Below, one piece after another: positions 16,010 through 24,000 of a stretch of 24,000 nt of DNA. Where the stretch lies: contig JARDZP010000016.1 of NCBI GenBank assembly GCA_029240795.1, positions 6,516-30,515 of the forward strand, written 5' to 3'. This DNA comes from Haloplasmataceae bacterium (GTDB lineage: Bacteria; Bacillota_I; Bacilli_A; Haloplasmatales; Haloplasmataceae). The translations under genes and the position numbers were made by a program. The notes under the pieces were generated by a model. The model was given only the letters and a program-made list of their open reading frames with translations, did not search any database and was not told the origin of the DNA. How positions within the stretch are numbered: the first letter of the stretch is position 1; every line of letters begins with the position of its first letter.

Positions 16010-16141
16010 AATAGTCACCTACATTACATTATATGCCTATTTTAAAAAAACGATAAACAATTATCACTTTTTATAAAAATGGGCATATAATACGAATTTA
16101 ATCATATAAAAAAATGAATAAAAATTTCATACATAAAAGGA

Positions 16142-16170
16142 TTGAAAGGATAACGGTTTCAGTTTATAAT
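16142..16170 (+). promoter_or_regulatory. sigmaA-type promoter for the GH20 gene
   Basis: TTGAAA (16142..16147), 17-nt spacer, TATAAT (16165..16170). AGGAGGG SD lies at 16188..16194. Confidence 0.55.
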
Positions 16171-16201
16171 ATAGAATATAACGAACTAGGAGGGTAAAAA
16201 T

Positions 16202-18055
16202 ATGTATTTTATAGTGCCACAAGTTAAAAGTTTAGTACTTGCCGAAGGCAATTTTACATTAGATCAACTAGTAACAGTAGATTATGATGTAAGATTAGAA
16301 AATGTTTACGAGGAATTAAAAAAATTATTTACTGTTAACTTTACAAGTGAAAATCCAATTTTAACTTTTAATTTAAACAATGAACTTAAAGAAGAGGGAT
16401 ATCAGTTATATATAAATAATGACAAGATAGTCATTAGTTACAAAACAGAAAAAGGTGCGTTTTACGCAGTAAAAACATTAAAACAAATCATCAACCAAGT
16501 AACAAACAATAAAATTCGTAATTTAATAATTAATGATTATCCAACACTTAATACAAGAGGTTTCATGCTTGATATTAGTCGTGATAAAATACCGACAATG
16601 GAAAATTTATATGATTTTATAGATCAAATAAGTGATTTAAAATATAATCACTTTGAGTTATATGTTGAAGGATTCTCATTTGAATATGAAAGTTTCAAAA
16701 AGTATTCTGATGGTTTTACCCCTATAACTGTAAAAGAATATCAAGAATTAGAAAAATACTGTAATAGTAAGTCTATCGATATGGTTCCTAATCAAAATGG
16801 TTTTGGACACATGGCGTCATGGCTTGCTTATGAAGAATTTAACGATTTTGCTGAATGTCCTGATGGTTTTACTATTTGGGGTGGCAAGAGAGCTACTTCT
16901 ACCCTTAATCCACTTGATGAACGAAGTGCAGAACACGTAATGAAGATGTATGATGATATGTTACCCTATTCCCATTCAAAATATTTCAATATGAATTTTG
17001 ATGAACCATTTGAACTTGGACACGGAAGAAGCAAAGATGCATGTGACAGTCTTGGTGAAGGTAAAGTTTATATTGATTATATGAAAAAATTATATGATCA
17101 TATTAAAAAGTACAATAAAACACCATTAATTTGGGCAGATGTGTTAAATAAACATCTTAATTTAAAGGATGAAATTCCTAGTGATATGATTTTATTAGAC
17201 TGGGGTTATGACATGGATGCTCCATTTAGTAGAACATTAAAAAATATTGCTGATTCTAAATTAAAATTTATGGCATGTCCTGGAACATCTAGTTGGTGTT
17301 CTATCACCGGTAGAACGATGGATATGTTAGAAAACATTAAAAATGCCTCTTTATATACACACTTATATAAAGGTGAAGGCTTATTAGTTACTGATTGGGG
17401 AGATTGTGGTCATCTTCAATATTTACCATTCACCTATCCTGGTTTAATTTATGCCGCTATGCTTTCTTGGGGTAAAGAAGATGGTACTTCTAAAAATCTC
17501 AGCCAAGCATTAAATGTTATGTTAAAAGATAAAAATAAATTAATAGGTGATATTTTACTAGATTTAGGCCGCTACAATCAATATGAAGGTTCTTATACAT
17601 ATAATGGTACCAAAACATTTCATGCTCTTATCAACGCTATAAACGCTTGTAATGGGTATAATGGTGACCCATTAACTTATTATACAAATCGAATGAAACA
17701 AAATGTATTTACAGAAAATAATTATCAAACATTACTTGAATACTTTGATTTCATTCAAAAACGTATTGAGTTAGTTGATTTACAATGTGATGATCATGAA
17801 TTAGTCATAAACGAATTAAAACAAAGTATCTACATCTTAAAAACATTGTTAAAAGTAAACCAAATGTTGAGTGACCGCTTGACAAGAGAAGAAAAACTTG
17901 TTTTAACAAAAATCATTATCTCAGAATTAGATGTAACAGTTTTAAACCATAAAACACTTTGGTTACAACGTAACCGAATGGGTGGTTTAATAGAAAGTGT
18001 TAAAGTCATTGAGAATTTAATCACTATTGTTAAACTATATCAGGATTCATTATAA
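16202..18055 (+). CDS. Glycoside hydrolase family 20 (beta-N-acetylhexosaminidase-like), cytoplasmic
   Basis: 617 aa with no signal peptide. RGFMLDISRDKIPTMENLYDFIDQISDLKYNHFELYVEG is typical of the GH20 TIM barrel. The catalytic Asp-Glu pair is retained in NMNFDEPFELGHG. Confidence 0.8.
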   Translation: MYFIVPQVKSLVLAEGNFTLDQLVTVDYDVRLENVYEELKKLFTVNFTSENPILTFNLNNELKEEGYQLYINNDKIVISYKTEKGAFYAVKTLKQIINQVTNNKIRNLIINDYPTLNTRGFMLDISRDKIPTMENLYDFIDQISDLKYNHFELYVEGFSFEYESFKKYSDGFTPITVKEYQELEKYCNSKSIDMVPNQNGFGHMASWLAYEEFNDFAECPDGFTIWGGKRATSTLNPLDERSAEHVMKMYDDMLPYSHSKYFNMNFDEPFELGHGRSKDACDSLGEGKVYIDYMKKLYDHIKKYNKTPLIWADVLNKHLNLKDEIPSDMILLDWGYDMDAPFSRTLKNIADSKLKFMACPGTSSWCSITGRTMDMLENIKNASLYTHLYKGEGLLVTDWGDCGHLQYLPFTYPGLIYAAMLSWGKEDGTSKNLSQALNVMLKDKNKLIGDILLDLGRYNQYEGSYTYNGTKTFHALINAINACNGYNGDPLTYYTNRMKQNVFTENNYQTLLEYFDFIQKRIELVDLQCDDHELVINELKQSIYILKTLLKVNQMLSDRLTREEKLVLTKIIISELDVTVLNHKTLWLQRNRMGGLIESVKVIENLITIVKLYQDSL

Positions 18056-18076
18056 CATCAGATAAACATTTATATT

Positions 18077-18120
18077 AAAGACAAAAAAAGAACTCGAATT
18101 TGAGTTCTTTTTTTGTCTTT
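18077..18120. terminator. Long perfect hairpin, bidirectional terminator after the GH20 gene
   Basis: A 19-bp stem (18077..18095 pairs with 18102..18120), including A7/T7 runs, with a 6-nt loop. Confidence 0.75.
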
Positions 18121-18248
18121 ATTTTAGCTAAGTGAAATTTCTTAAATAGTTTTGTTACAATTTAAAAAATTCATTATAATCATATGAGATATTAACTTCA
18201 ATCTATATATTAAATTTTGTTAAATCGATTGAATGATATGATGTCAAA

Positions 18249-18563
18249 TTAAAGTGAAGTCATATCAAGAAGAACTAATCTATATTGACTAATCAACTCA
18301 ATATTATTAGGAATGCTTTTTATTATCCGATTCACTTCATCATAAAAAACAACGAAGCTTTCCATAAATAATATAATAGGTTCAATCTTATAAAACCCAC
18401 CTACTTCAAAGTCATATAAAGTTTCTGTATCATTATCTCCATAATAAGTTGTATTATTTTCATTAAGTGTAGGAATAGAAGTACGAATAGTTTTAGTACA
18501 TCCAGTAATCATAATTAAGAAAGATAAGAGCAAAAATATATAACTTAATCTCATAATTTTCAT
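18249..18563 (-). CDS. Small lipoprotein (hypothetical)
   Basis: Track ORF is 18249..18575. GGGGG SD followed by the ATG at 18563 gives MKIMRLSYIFLLLSFLIMITGCTKT, with lipobox ITGC. The product is 104 aa. Confidence 0.6.
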   Translation of the reverse strand: MKIMRLSYIFLLLSFLIMITGCTKTIRTSIPTLNENNTTYYGDNDTETLYDFEVGGFYKIEPIILFMESFVVFYDEVNRIIKSIPNNIELISQYRLVLLDMTSL

Positions 18564-18667
18564 GTAAACCCCCAATATTTTCCAACATTATACTAAATAT
18601 TACTTTAATTGTTTTAATGTTCAATATTTTTAATTATCATTCTATTACATTATTATTCTAAATTAAT

Positions 18668-18693
18668 ATAAAAAAAGGAGTTTTTAACTCCTT
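18668..18693 (-). terminator. Rho-independent terminator after lepA
   Basis: On the reverse strand: AAGGAGTT-AAA-AACTCCTT followed by a T run. Confidence 0.65.
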
Positions 18694-18702
18694 AATTTTA
18701 TT

Positions 18703-20532
18703 TTAATCATCAACTGTTAATACAGCCATAAATGCTTCTTGTGGTACTTCTACACTACCTACTTGTTTCATACGTTTTTTACCTTCTTTTTGTTTTTCAA
18801 GAAGTTTTTTCTTACGTGAAATGTCTCCACCATAACATTTAGCTAATACATTTTTTCTAAGTGCTTTAATATCACTACGAGCAATTACTTTATTATTAAT
18901 TGATGCTTGAATAGGCACTTCAAATTGTTGTCTTGGGATCAGTTCTTTTAATTTTTCACAGATAACTTTTCCACGATTATAAGCAAAATCACGATGTACG
19001 ATAATACTTAAAGCATCTATTACTTCATTATTTAACAGAATATCCATTTTAACTAATTTTGAAGCTTTATAACCATTCATTTCATAATCAAGTGAAGCAT
19101 AACCTTTAGTACTTGATTTTAATTTATCAAAGAAATCATAAACTATTTCACCGAGTGGCATATCATAATGAATATTTACACGTGTTTCATCCATATATTT
19201 CATGTCGACAAAAGTACCACGTTTTCTTTGACATAATTCCATTATTGCACCAACATATTCGCTTGGTGATATAATGGTTGCTCTAACGTAAGGTTCCTGA
19301 ATTTCTTTAATTTTTTGAATATCTGGCATATAAGATGGATTTTCTAATGTGATTTCAGTACCATCTGTTAAATATATATGATAAATAACTGAAGGTGCTG
19401 TTGCGATTAAATCTAATGAGAATTCTCTTTCTAATCGTTCTTGAACGATATCCATATGTAATAAACCCAAAAACCCTGTTCGGAAACCAAACCCTAAAGC
19501 TTGTGATGTTTCAGGTTCATATACTAAAGATGAGTCGCTTAATTGTAATTTTTCTAATGCATCGCGTAAATCATTATATCTAGATGCATCGATTGGATAT
19601 AAACCACAGAATACCATTGGATTTAATCTTCTATATCCTGGTACTGGTGCATCTGCAGGATTTTCAATATGTGTAATCGTATCACCAACGTGGATGTCTT
19701 TAATTGATTTGATAGAAGCTGTTATAAAACCTACGTCTCCAACAGTTAAATAATCACGTTTTTCTTCTTTTGGTGTACATACACCAACTTCTAAAACTTC
19801 ATGTTCAGCTCCAGTTGACATAAATCTAATTTTATCGCCTTTTTGAATTGTTCCACTCATTACACGAATTGTTGGAATAACTCCACGATATGATTCAAAA
19901 TATGAGTCAAAGATTAAAGCTTGAAGTGGTGCTTCAGGATCACCAACTGGTGCAGGAATATTTAAAACGATCTTCTCTAATAGTTCTATGATGCCAATTC
20001 CATTTTTTGCAGAACCTAGAACTGCATCATCAGTAGCTAATCCAATCACATTTTCAATCTCATGTTTCACTTTTTCAGTATCTGCACTTGGTAAATCAAT
20101 TTTATTTAAAAACAATTGTATTTCTAAATCATTATCTAAAGCTAAATACACATTTGCGAGAGTCTGAGCTTCAATTCCTTGTGAAGCATCAACAACTAAT
20201 ACTGCTCCTTCGCAAGCAGCAAGCGAGCGTGAAACTTCATACGTAAAGTCCACGTGACCTGGAGTATCAATTAAATGAAATATATATTCTTCACCGTTTA
20301 GTGCAATATATTTTAGTTCGACCGCATTTAGTTTTATAGTAATTCCTCTTTCACGTTCTAAATCCATTGAATCTAACAGCTGATTAACCATTTCTCTTGA
20401 TTCTATCGTATGGGTAGTTTCTAAGATACGATCAGCTAATGTGGATTTACCGTGATCAATATGAGCTATTATTGAAAAGTTTCGAATCTTTTTTTGTCTT
20501 TCTCTAAGTAACATGTAATTCATCTGGCTCAT
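18703..20532 (-). CDS. lepA: Translation elongation factor 4 (LepA)
   Basis: 609 aa. [20 protein letters not shown] (G1), DTPGHVDF (G3), NKIDL (G4) and the LepA-specific C-terminal domain ...[28 protein letters not shown] are all present. Confidence 0.97.
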   Translation of the reverse strand: MSQMNYMLLRERQKKIRNFSIIAHIDHGKSTLADRILETTHTIESREMVNQLLDSMDLERERGITIKLNAVELKYIALNGEEYIFHLIDTPGHVDFTYEVSRSLAACEGAVLVVDASQGIEAQTLANVYLALDNDLEIQLFLNKIDLPSADTEKVKHEIENVIGLATDDAVLGSAKNGIGIIELLEKIVLNIPAPVGDPEAPLQALIFDSYFESYRGVIPTIRVMSGTIQKGDKIRFMSTGAEHEVLEVGVCTPKEEKRDYLTVGDVGFITASIKSIKDIHVGDTITHIENPADAPVPGYRRLNPMVFCGLYPIDASRYNDLRDALEKLQLSDSSLVYEPETSQALGFGFRTGFLGLLHMDIVQERLEREFSLDLIATAPSVIYHIYLTDGTEITLENPSYMPDIQKIKEIQEPYVRATIISPSEYVGAIMELCQRKRGTFVDMKYMDETRVNIHYDMPLGEIVYDFFDKLKSSTKGYASLDYEMNGYKASKLVKMDILLNNEVIDALSIIVHRDFAYNRGKVICEKLKELIPRQQFEVPIQASINNKVIARSDIKALRKNVLAKCYGGDISRKKKLLEKQKEGKKRMKQVGSVEVPQEAFMAVLTVDD

Positions 20533-20564
20533 CTAATTCACTCCATTCAAAGTATAACAATAAA

Positions 20565-20593
20565 ATTTTACATTATTTGAAGTGTTTTTTCAA
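20565..20593 (-). promoter_or_regulatory. sigmaA-type promoter for lepA
   Basis: On the reverse strand: TTGAAA (20593..20588), 17-nt spacer, TGtAAAAT extended -10 (hexamer 20570..20565). Confidence 0.55.
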
Positions 20594-20642
20594 CGTTATT
20601 TTAGTTTTATCCAAAAATAATAAAAAAAAAAGCCATTTAGGC

Positions 20643-20978
20643 TTATTTTTTACCAAATACAAATTTTATTAAGTCATCACTTTTTGATAATATTAAATCT
20701 AAACCCTTTTTAATTAAAAATTCTCCGTCTTTAGCTAGACTAGAAAAAAGATTGTGATTTACTTTTTTAGTAACAGCTGATGAACCAGCTGGGTCAACTG
20801 GTGTAAATTCATCATCGTCATTTGTACCAGTTGTTGGAATTGTATTATCATCTTCCCAGTCATCAACGGATTGTTGTATGTCTCTTGTTTTATTATTATC
20901 TTGATATGATACTCCTAGTGATAATCCAACGAAAAAGATGATCACAATTAACGTATATTTTAATAATTTCTTTTCCAT
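20643..20978 (-). CDS. Small membrane-anchored acidic protein, YqxA-like by position
   Basis: 111 aa with a GGAGG SD. It has one N-terminal TM helix, an acidic linker and a C-terminal amphipathic region. It occupies the yqxA position (between spoIIP and lepA in B. subtilis). Family assignment rests on synteny and architecture only. Confidence 0.5.
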   Translation of the reverse strand: MEKKLLKYTLIVIIFFVGLSLGVSYQDNNKTRDIQQSVDDWEDDNTIPTTGTNDDDEFTPVDPAGSSAVTKKVNHNLFSSLAKDGEFLIKKGLDLILSKSDDLIKFVFGKK

Positions 20979-20991
20979 TTTTTACCTCCAT

Positions 20992-21249
20992 TTAATATAA
21001 AGGATTAATATTTTTATAAAAACTACTTAAATCACTTAAATCAACTTGAAATAATCCTTTTAAAAGTAATTCTGCGACATAAGTTATAATATTATTATTT
21101 GTATTATTATCATTTAAAAATAATATAAATGAATTTAATTCAGTTTCATAGATAATGTTATCTGATGACGTTAATAAATAGCCTATGGTTAGAAAAGAAA
21201 CACCAATTATAAATATTGTTTTTATATAAAATACACTATTATCAAGCAT
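20992..21249 (-). CDS. Small membrane protein in the spoIIP position (hypothetical)
   Basis: The track start at 21267 is a TTG overlapping the SD GAAAGGA, so the ATG at 21249 gives 85 aa (MLDNSVFYIKTIFIIGVSFLTIGYLL...). It has one TM helix. Its stop overlaps the SD of the next gene. Confidence 0.45.
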   Translation of the reverse strand: MLDNSVFYIKTIFIIGVSFLTIGYLLTSSDNIIYETELNSFILFLNDNNTNNNIITYVAELLLKGLFQVDLSDLSSFYKNINPLY

Positions 21250-21324
21250 CTTATCATATCCTTTCAACTATAGTCTAATATAAGTATAGTATGAAAAGAA
21301 ATAAAAATATGTATAAATTAGTCG

Positions 21325-22365
21325 TTAACTAATATTTTTATGTAAAGCTAGATTAATTCCTCTTGAAATGATATGTGTTAAGTCCTCAATGTTTGTATCA
21401 ATCTCTTTAGGTGTAACCATCATATTTAAACCTTGTGGAGATAATACCTCAAAAATTAATTGTTGCTTTTCTTCTGGTGACATTAAGCCAACTTCACCAA
21501 AGATATTTTTTACAACATCATTTTCTGGTTTATCTATTTTACTATAATCTTTTCTACCACTCATTGAAGTAGGGACGATGCGATTTGCTGGTCTGATATT
21601 TTGCATTGAATAGCCAATATGTTTTATAATCATTTCAATCGTATCACTCGTTATAGTTACTGCATCAACTACAGTAGGAACACCTACAGAAATTACTGGA
21701 ATGCCTGTTGTATCAAAACTAATTTCTTTACGTTTGTTTCCAACACCACTACCCGGACTTATTCCTGCATCAGATAACTGAATTGTTTTATTGACACGAT
21801 TAATCGCTCTAGCAGCTAAAGCATCGACAACGATTACAAATTTAGGTTTCACTGATTTTATAACAGAATTGATAATTTCATAAGTTTCTAAACCTGTATT
21901 ACCCATAACACCAGGAGCAATTGCACAAACTGGTCTAAAACCATCATGATCAATTTGTTCCGGATGTAAGTCGAAAAGATGTTTAGTTACAAAAATATTT
22001 TCAATTACTTTTGGTCCAAGTGCATCAGGAGTTACACTGTCATTACCTAAACCAACAATCATTCCTAAATCGTCTTCATGAATATTATGTTTTTGAAAAA
22101 ACGTATCAATATGTTTAGCAATTTGTTTTTGAATCCTTAATAATGCTTCATGATCATTATCAACAATTGAAGAAGTATCAATTGTGATATATGTTCCACT
22201 TTTTTTATTAAAGAATTGTTCTTGTTCTTTTGTAATGATTACTTCAGATATTTTCATATCGTCTGAAGTGAATTCTTTAACTCTAATATCGTTTGGCTGA
22301 ATTTGATTTTTGGCCATTTCTAAGTTTTCTATTACTAAATCTGATCTAATTTTACTAAATTCCAT
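21325..22365 (-). CDS. gpr: Germination protease GPR (spore endopeptidase, peptidase family A25)
   Basis: 346 aa with an AAGAGGTGA SD. IVGLGNDSVTPDALGP...APGVMGNTGLET...VDALAARAINRVNKTIQLSDAGISPGSGVGNKRKEI...GVPTVVDAVTI aligns closely with Bacillus GPR. It is divergent from rpsT as in B. subtilis. Confidence 0.92.
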   Translation of the reverse strand: MEFSKIRSDLVIENLEMAKNQIQPNDIRVKEFTSDDMKISEVIITKEQEQFFNKKSGTYITIDTSSIVDNDHEALLRIQKQIAKHIDTFFQKHNIHEDDLGMIVGLGNDSVTPDALGPKVIENIFVTKHLFDLHPEQIDHDGFRPVCAIAPGVMGNTGLETYEIINSVIKSVKPKFVIVVDALAARAINRVNKTIQLSDAGISPGSGVGNKRKEISFDTTGIPVISVGVPTVVDAVTITSDTIEMIIKHIGYSMQNIRPANRIVPTSMSGRKDYSKIDKPENDVVKNIFGEVGLMSPEEKQQLIFEVLSPQGLNMMVTPKEIDTNIEDLTHIISRGINLALHKNIS

Positions 22366-22391
22366 TGTTTCACCTCTTTATTATTCATTAA

Positions 22392-22420
22392 TAATATTGA
22401 AATAATGGGGGAAAATATAC
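22392..22420 (-). promoter_or_regulatory. Candidate forespore (sigmaF/sigmaG-type) promoter for gpr
   Basis: On the reverse strand: GTATA (22420..22416), 16-nt spacer, CAATATTA (22399..22392). This is only a loose resemblance to GHATR-N17/18-CATxxTA. Confidence 0.25.
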
Positions 22421-22437
22421 TTAATTACAAATTATTA

Positions 22438-22466
22438 TTGAAATTTATCAAAGTTTTTGTTAAAAT
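22438..22466 (+). promoter_or_regulatory. sigmaA-type promoter for rpsT
   Basis: TTGAAA (22438..22443), 17-nt spacer, TGtTAAAAT extended -10 (hexamer 22461..22466). Confidence 0.6.
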
Positions 22467-22496
22467 TAGATAGTCACAAATTATGGAGGTGAAACA

Positions 22497-22760
22497 ATGC
22501 CACAAATTAAATCACAAATTAAACGTGTAAAAACTAATGAAAAACGTCGTGTACAAAACTTATCATTCAAATCTTCAATGCGTACTGCTATTAAAGATGT
22601 TGAAGATGCAGTTACAAATAAAGACTTAACAGCTGCAAACGTTGCTTTCTCATTAGCTTCAAAAAAATTAGATAAAGCTGTATCTAAAGGAATAGAACAT
22701 AAGAATTATGCAGCTAGACAAAAATCTCGTTTAGCTAAAAAACTTAATTCTATCGCATAA
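22497..22760 (+). CDS. rpsT: 30S ribosomal protein S20
   Basis: 87 aa with a [31 protein letters not shown]... is basic and helical, a typical S20. Confidence 0.96.
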   Translation: MPQIKSQIKRVKTNEKRRVQNLSFKSSMRTAIKDVEDAVTNKDLTAANVAFSLASKKLDKAVSKGIEHKNYAARQKSRLAKKLNSIA

Positions 22761-22763
22761 TTT

Positions 22764-22797
22764 AAAACCTACTTTATAAGTAGGTTTTATTTTTTTG
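22764..22797 (+). terminator. Rho-independent terminator after rpsT
   Basis: AAAACCTACTT-TATA-AAGTAGGTTTT followed by a T run. Confidence 0.8.
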
Positions 22798-22872
22798 TAT
22801 TCATTTATTTTTCTAAATGTAATACAATTATGTTTTGTTAATAAAAATTTTAGGGAGAATCTATCTGCTTGT

Positions 22873-23160
22873 ATGAATTCAAATCTAGTCATCACCAAAA
22901 AAGAAGTAAATGAAACCTCATTTACCTTTGAATTAAACGTTCAGTAATTAAAAATACAGATTACAATATTGAAAAATTAGTTTTACATAACAATGGTTCA
23001 ATAAGTAATAGATAAAACAAGGTTCTATACTATCAAAAGGCGTTCATACGATACTTATATCCTTACTGATAATGACGGTAATACAACTACACATTATAAA
23101 ACAGTAATTATAGTTATTGATGATTTGAAAAATAAGTTTGTACCTGAAACGAAAACATGA
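22873..23160 (+). pseudogene. Decayed remnant of an Ig-like-domain (DUF5011/HYR-like) surface protein gene
   Basis: Three short collinear reading segments change frame (1, 3, 1) and end at stops 22945, 23013 and 23158. They read MNSNLVITKKEVNETSFTFELNVQ, VIKNTDYNIEKLVLHNNGSISNR and TRFYTIKRRSYDTYILTDNDGNTTTHYKTVIIVIDDLKNKFVPETKT. The Y-x-Y-x-L-T-D-x-D-G-N...V-x-V-I-D pattern is typical of bacterial Ig-like repeats. There is no usable SD. Confidence 0.4.
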
Positions 23161-23364
23161 GTACCTGATTTTTTTAGACCTTTGGTTGTAAGTAATCAAT
23201 ATTTATTTAATTTATAATTGAATATATTTTACTTATATAGAAGTTTTAAAAAAATCTATATATAGGTATTTTTATTTTCTTAAGAACAAACTTTAAAGTT
23301 AAGATAAGTTTTAGTATATCAAAATTATACATCTATTATTAATTTAACTCTAGATGAATGGACA

Positions 23365-24000
23365 CTAAAAAAAATTAATATTATTTAGACGATATTTTAT
23401 ACTAAATCGATTGATCATTGCATTCTGATCGTAATAAGATTTATCTTTTGGTTCAAATATTATAAAATCCCTTTCTATAACTATTTTTTCAATTAAATTT
23501 AATTCATACAATGAAAATACATCCAAGTATATTCTTTCTATTTCATGTTTGTTTAATCTATCATTATAATATAAAAACGTATTATGATTTGAATTGTCAT
23601 AACTAACTTTTAAAATAATATTATTTTCTTCCTGTCTTAATAAGACTAATTTATCTCCTTCAGTAAATTCCAATCTTCTATCATTTTCAGCAACAGTAAT
23701 TTTTTCAAGTTTATTATTATCATTACTATAAACTGTTTTTAAAACTTTAAATGTTATTGTTTTTATTAAATTCATTACGTCAACATAATTCATATGATTA
23801 ACTTTTTCAGGTAATAAGCCATATTCAATATTTATTGAATAATTATCTTGTTTCTTAATAACTATTTTGTCTTGTTCAATTTCAGGTGTAAAAAATATAC
23901 CAAGACCATCAAACTTACCAGATATAAAATTTAGTTCATTAAGTATGGTAGAAATCTTATTACCAATAGTTTGATAATTGATTAATAATTCAGAAAAGTT
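23365..24000 (-). CDS. Hypothetical protein (partial; 5' end lies beyond the window)
   Basis: The track lists 23365..23793 from the first Met, but the same frame stays open with no stop up to position 24000 (NFSELLINYQTIGNKISTILNELNFISGKFDGLGIFFTPEIEQDK...). The gene therefore probably starts outside the window. No recognisable motifs. Confidence 0.55.
   Translation of the reverse strand, partial: NFSELLINYQTIGNKISTILNELNFISGKFDGLGIFFTPEIEQDKIVIKKQDNYSINIEYGLLPEKVNHMNYVDVMNLIKTITFKVLKTVYSNDNNKLEKITVAENDRRLEFTEGDKLVLLRQEENNIILKVSYDNSNHNTFLYYNDRLNKHEIERIYLDVFSLYELNLIEKIVIERDFIIFEPKDKSYYDQNAMINRFSIKYRLNNINFF

Noticed and set aside
15855-19583. ORFs 15855..16076 (+), 17830..18024 (-) and 19395..19583 (+)
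   Set aside because: They are antisense shadows of the spoVK-like, GH20 and lepA genes.
1-24000. Searched for CRISPR arrays, tRNA/rRNA genes, transposase/integrase genes, terminal inverted repeats flanking the 0.4-4.6 kb cassette, and signs of an alternative genetic code (UGA as Trp)
   Set aside because: I saw no regularly spaced direct repeats, no cloverleaf-like or rRNA-like sequence, and no recombinase ORF. I found no convincing flanking direct or inverted repeats around the cassette. All conserved genes are uninterrupted under the standard code.

Overview
This is an AT-rich chromosomal window that uses the standard genetic code. It most likely comes from a low-GC, spore-forming Firmicute, but the species cannot be named from sequence alone. 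Most of it is conserved housekeeping DNA, and gene order mirrors two Bacillus subtilis neighbourhoods. The first is plsY / parE-parC together with lexA / tkt / yneF. The second is rpsT / gpr / (spoIIP slot) / yqxA-like / lepA. Sporulation-associated genes are present: gpr, a SpoVK-like AAA+ ATPase, and two tiny YjcZ-family peptides that the ORF track missed. There is also a cytoplasmic GH20 hexosaminidase-like enzyme, a 2x[4Fe-4S] ferredoxin and two lipoproteins. I saw no tRNA, rRNA, CRISPR array, transposase or integrase. The only clearly accessory stretch is about 0.4-4.6 kb. It holds a tightly linked operon of an intact HisJ-type PHP phosphoesterase and a 596-aa UvrD-like SF1 NTPase. That NTPase has eroded helicase motifs and an uncharacterised C-terminal domain. 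Next to the operon is a Fic-fold protein with a destroyed catalytic motif but an intact C-terminal winged helix. This cassette is my best candidate for an undescribed system, possibly defence-like or nucleic-acid targeting, but that is inference only. Other points worth a second look: both classical quinolone-resistance hot spots of topoisomerase IV are non-canonical (ParC Ser to Gln, ParE EGDSA to EGISA). An ATATGAAT repeat and palindrome array sits upstream of a lipoprotein gene. The lexA promoter carries an AAAC-N4-GTTT palindrome. CATA(C/T)AAT mother-cell-sigma-type -10 elements lie upstream of sporulation genes. The spoIIP position holds only an 85-aa membrane protein. A decayed Ig-like surface-protein remnant lies downstream of rpsT. 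Several ORF-track starts are GTG/TTG codons inside the Shine-Dalgarno sequence, and I moved those to the downstream start.
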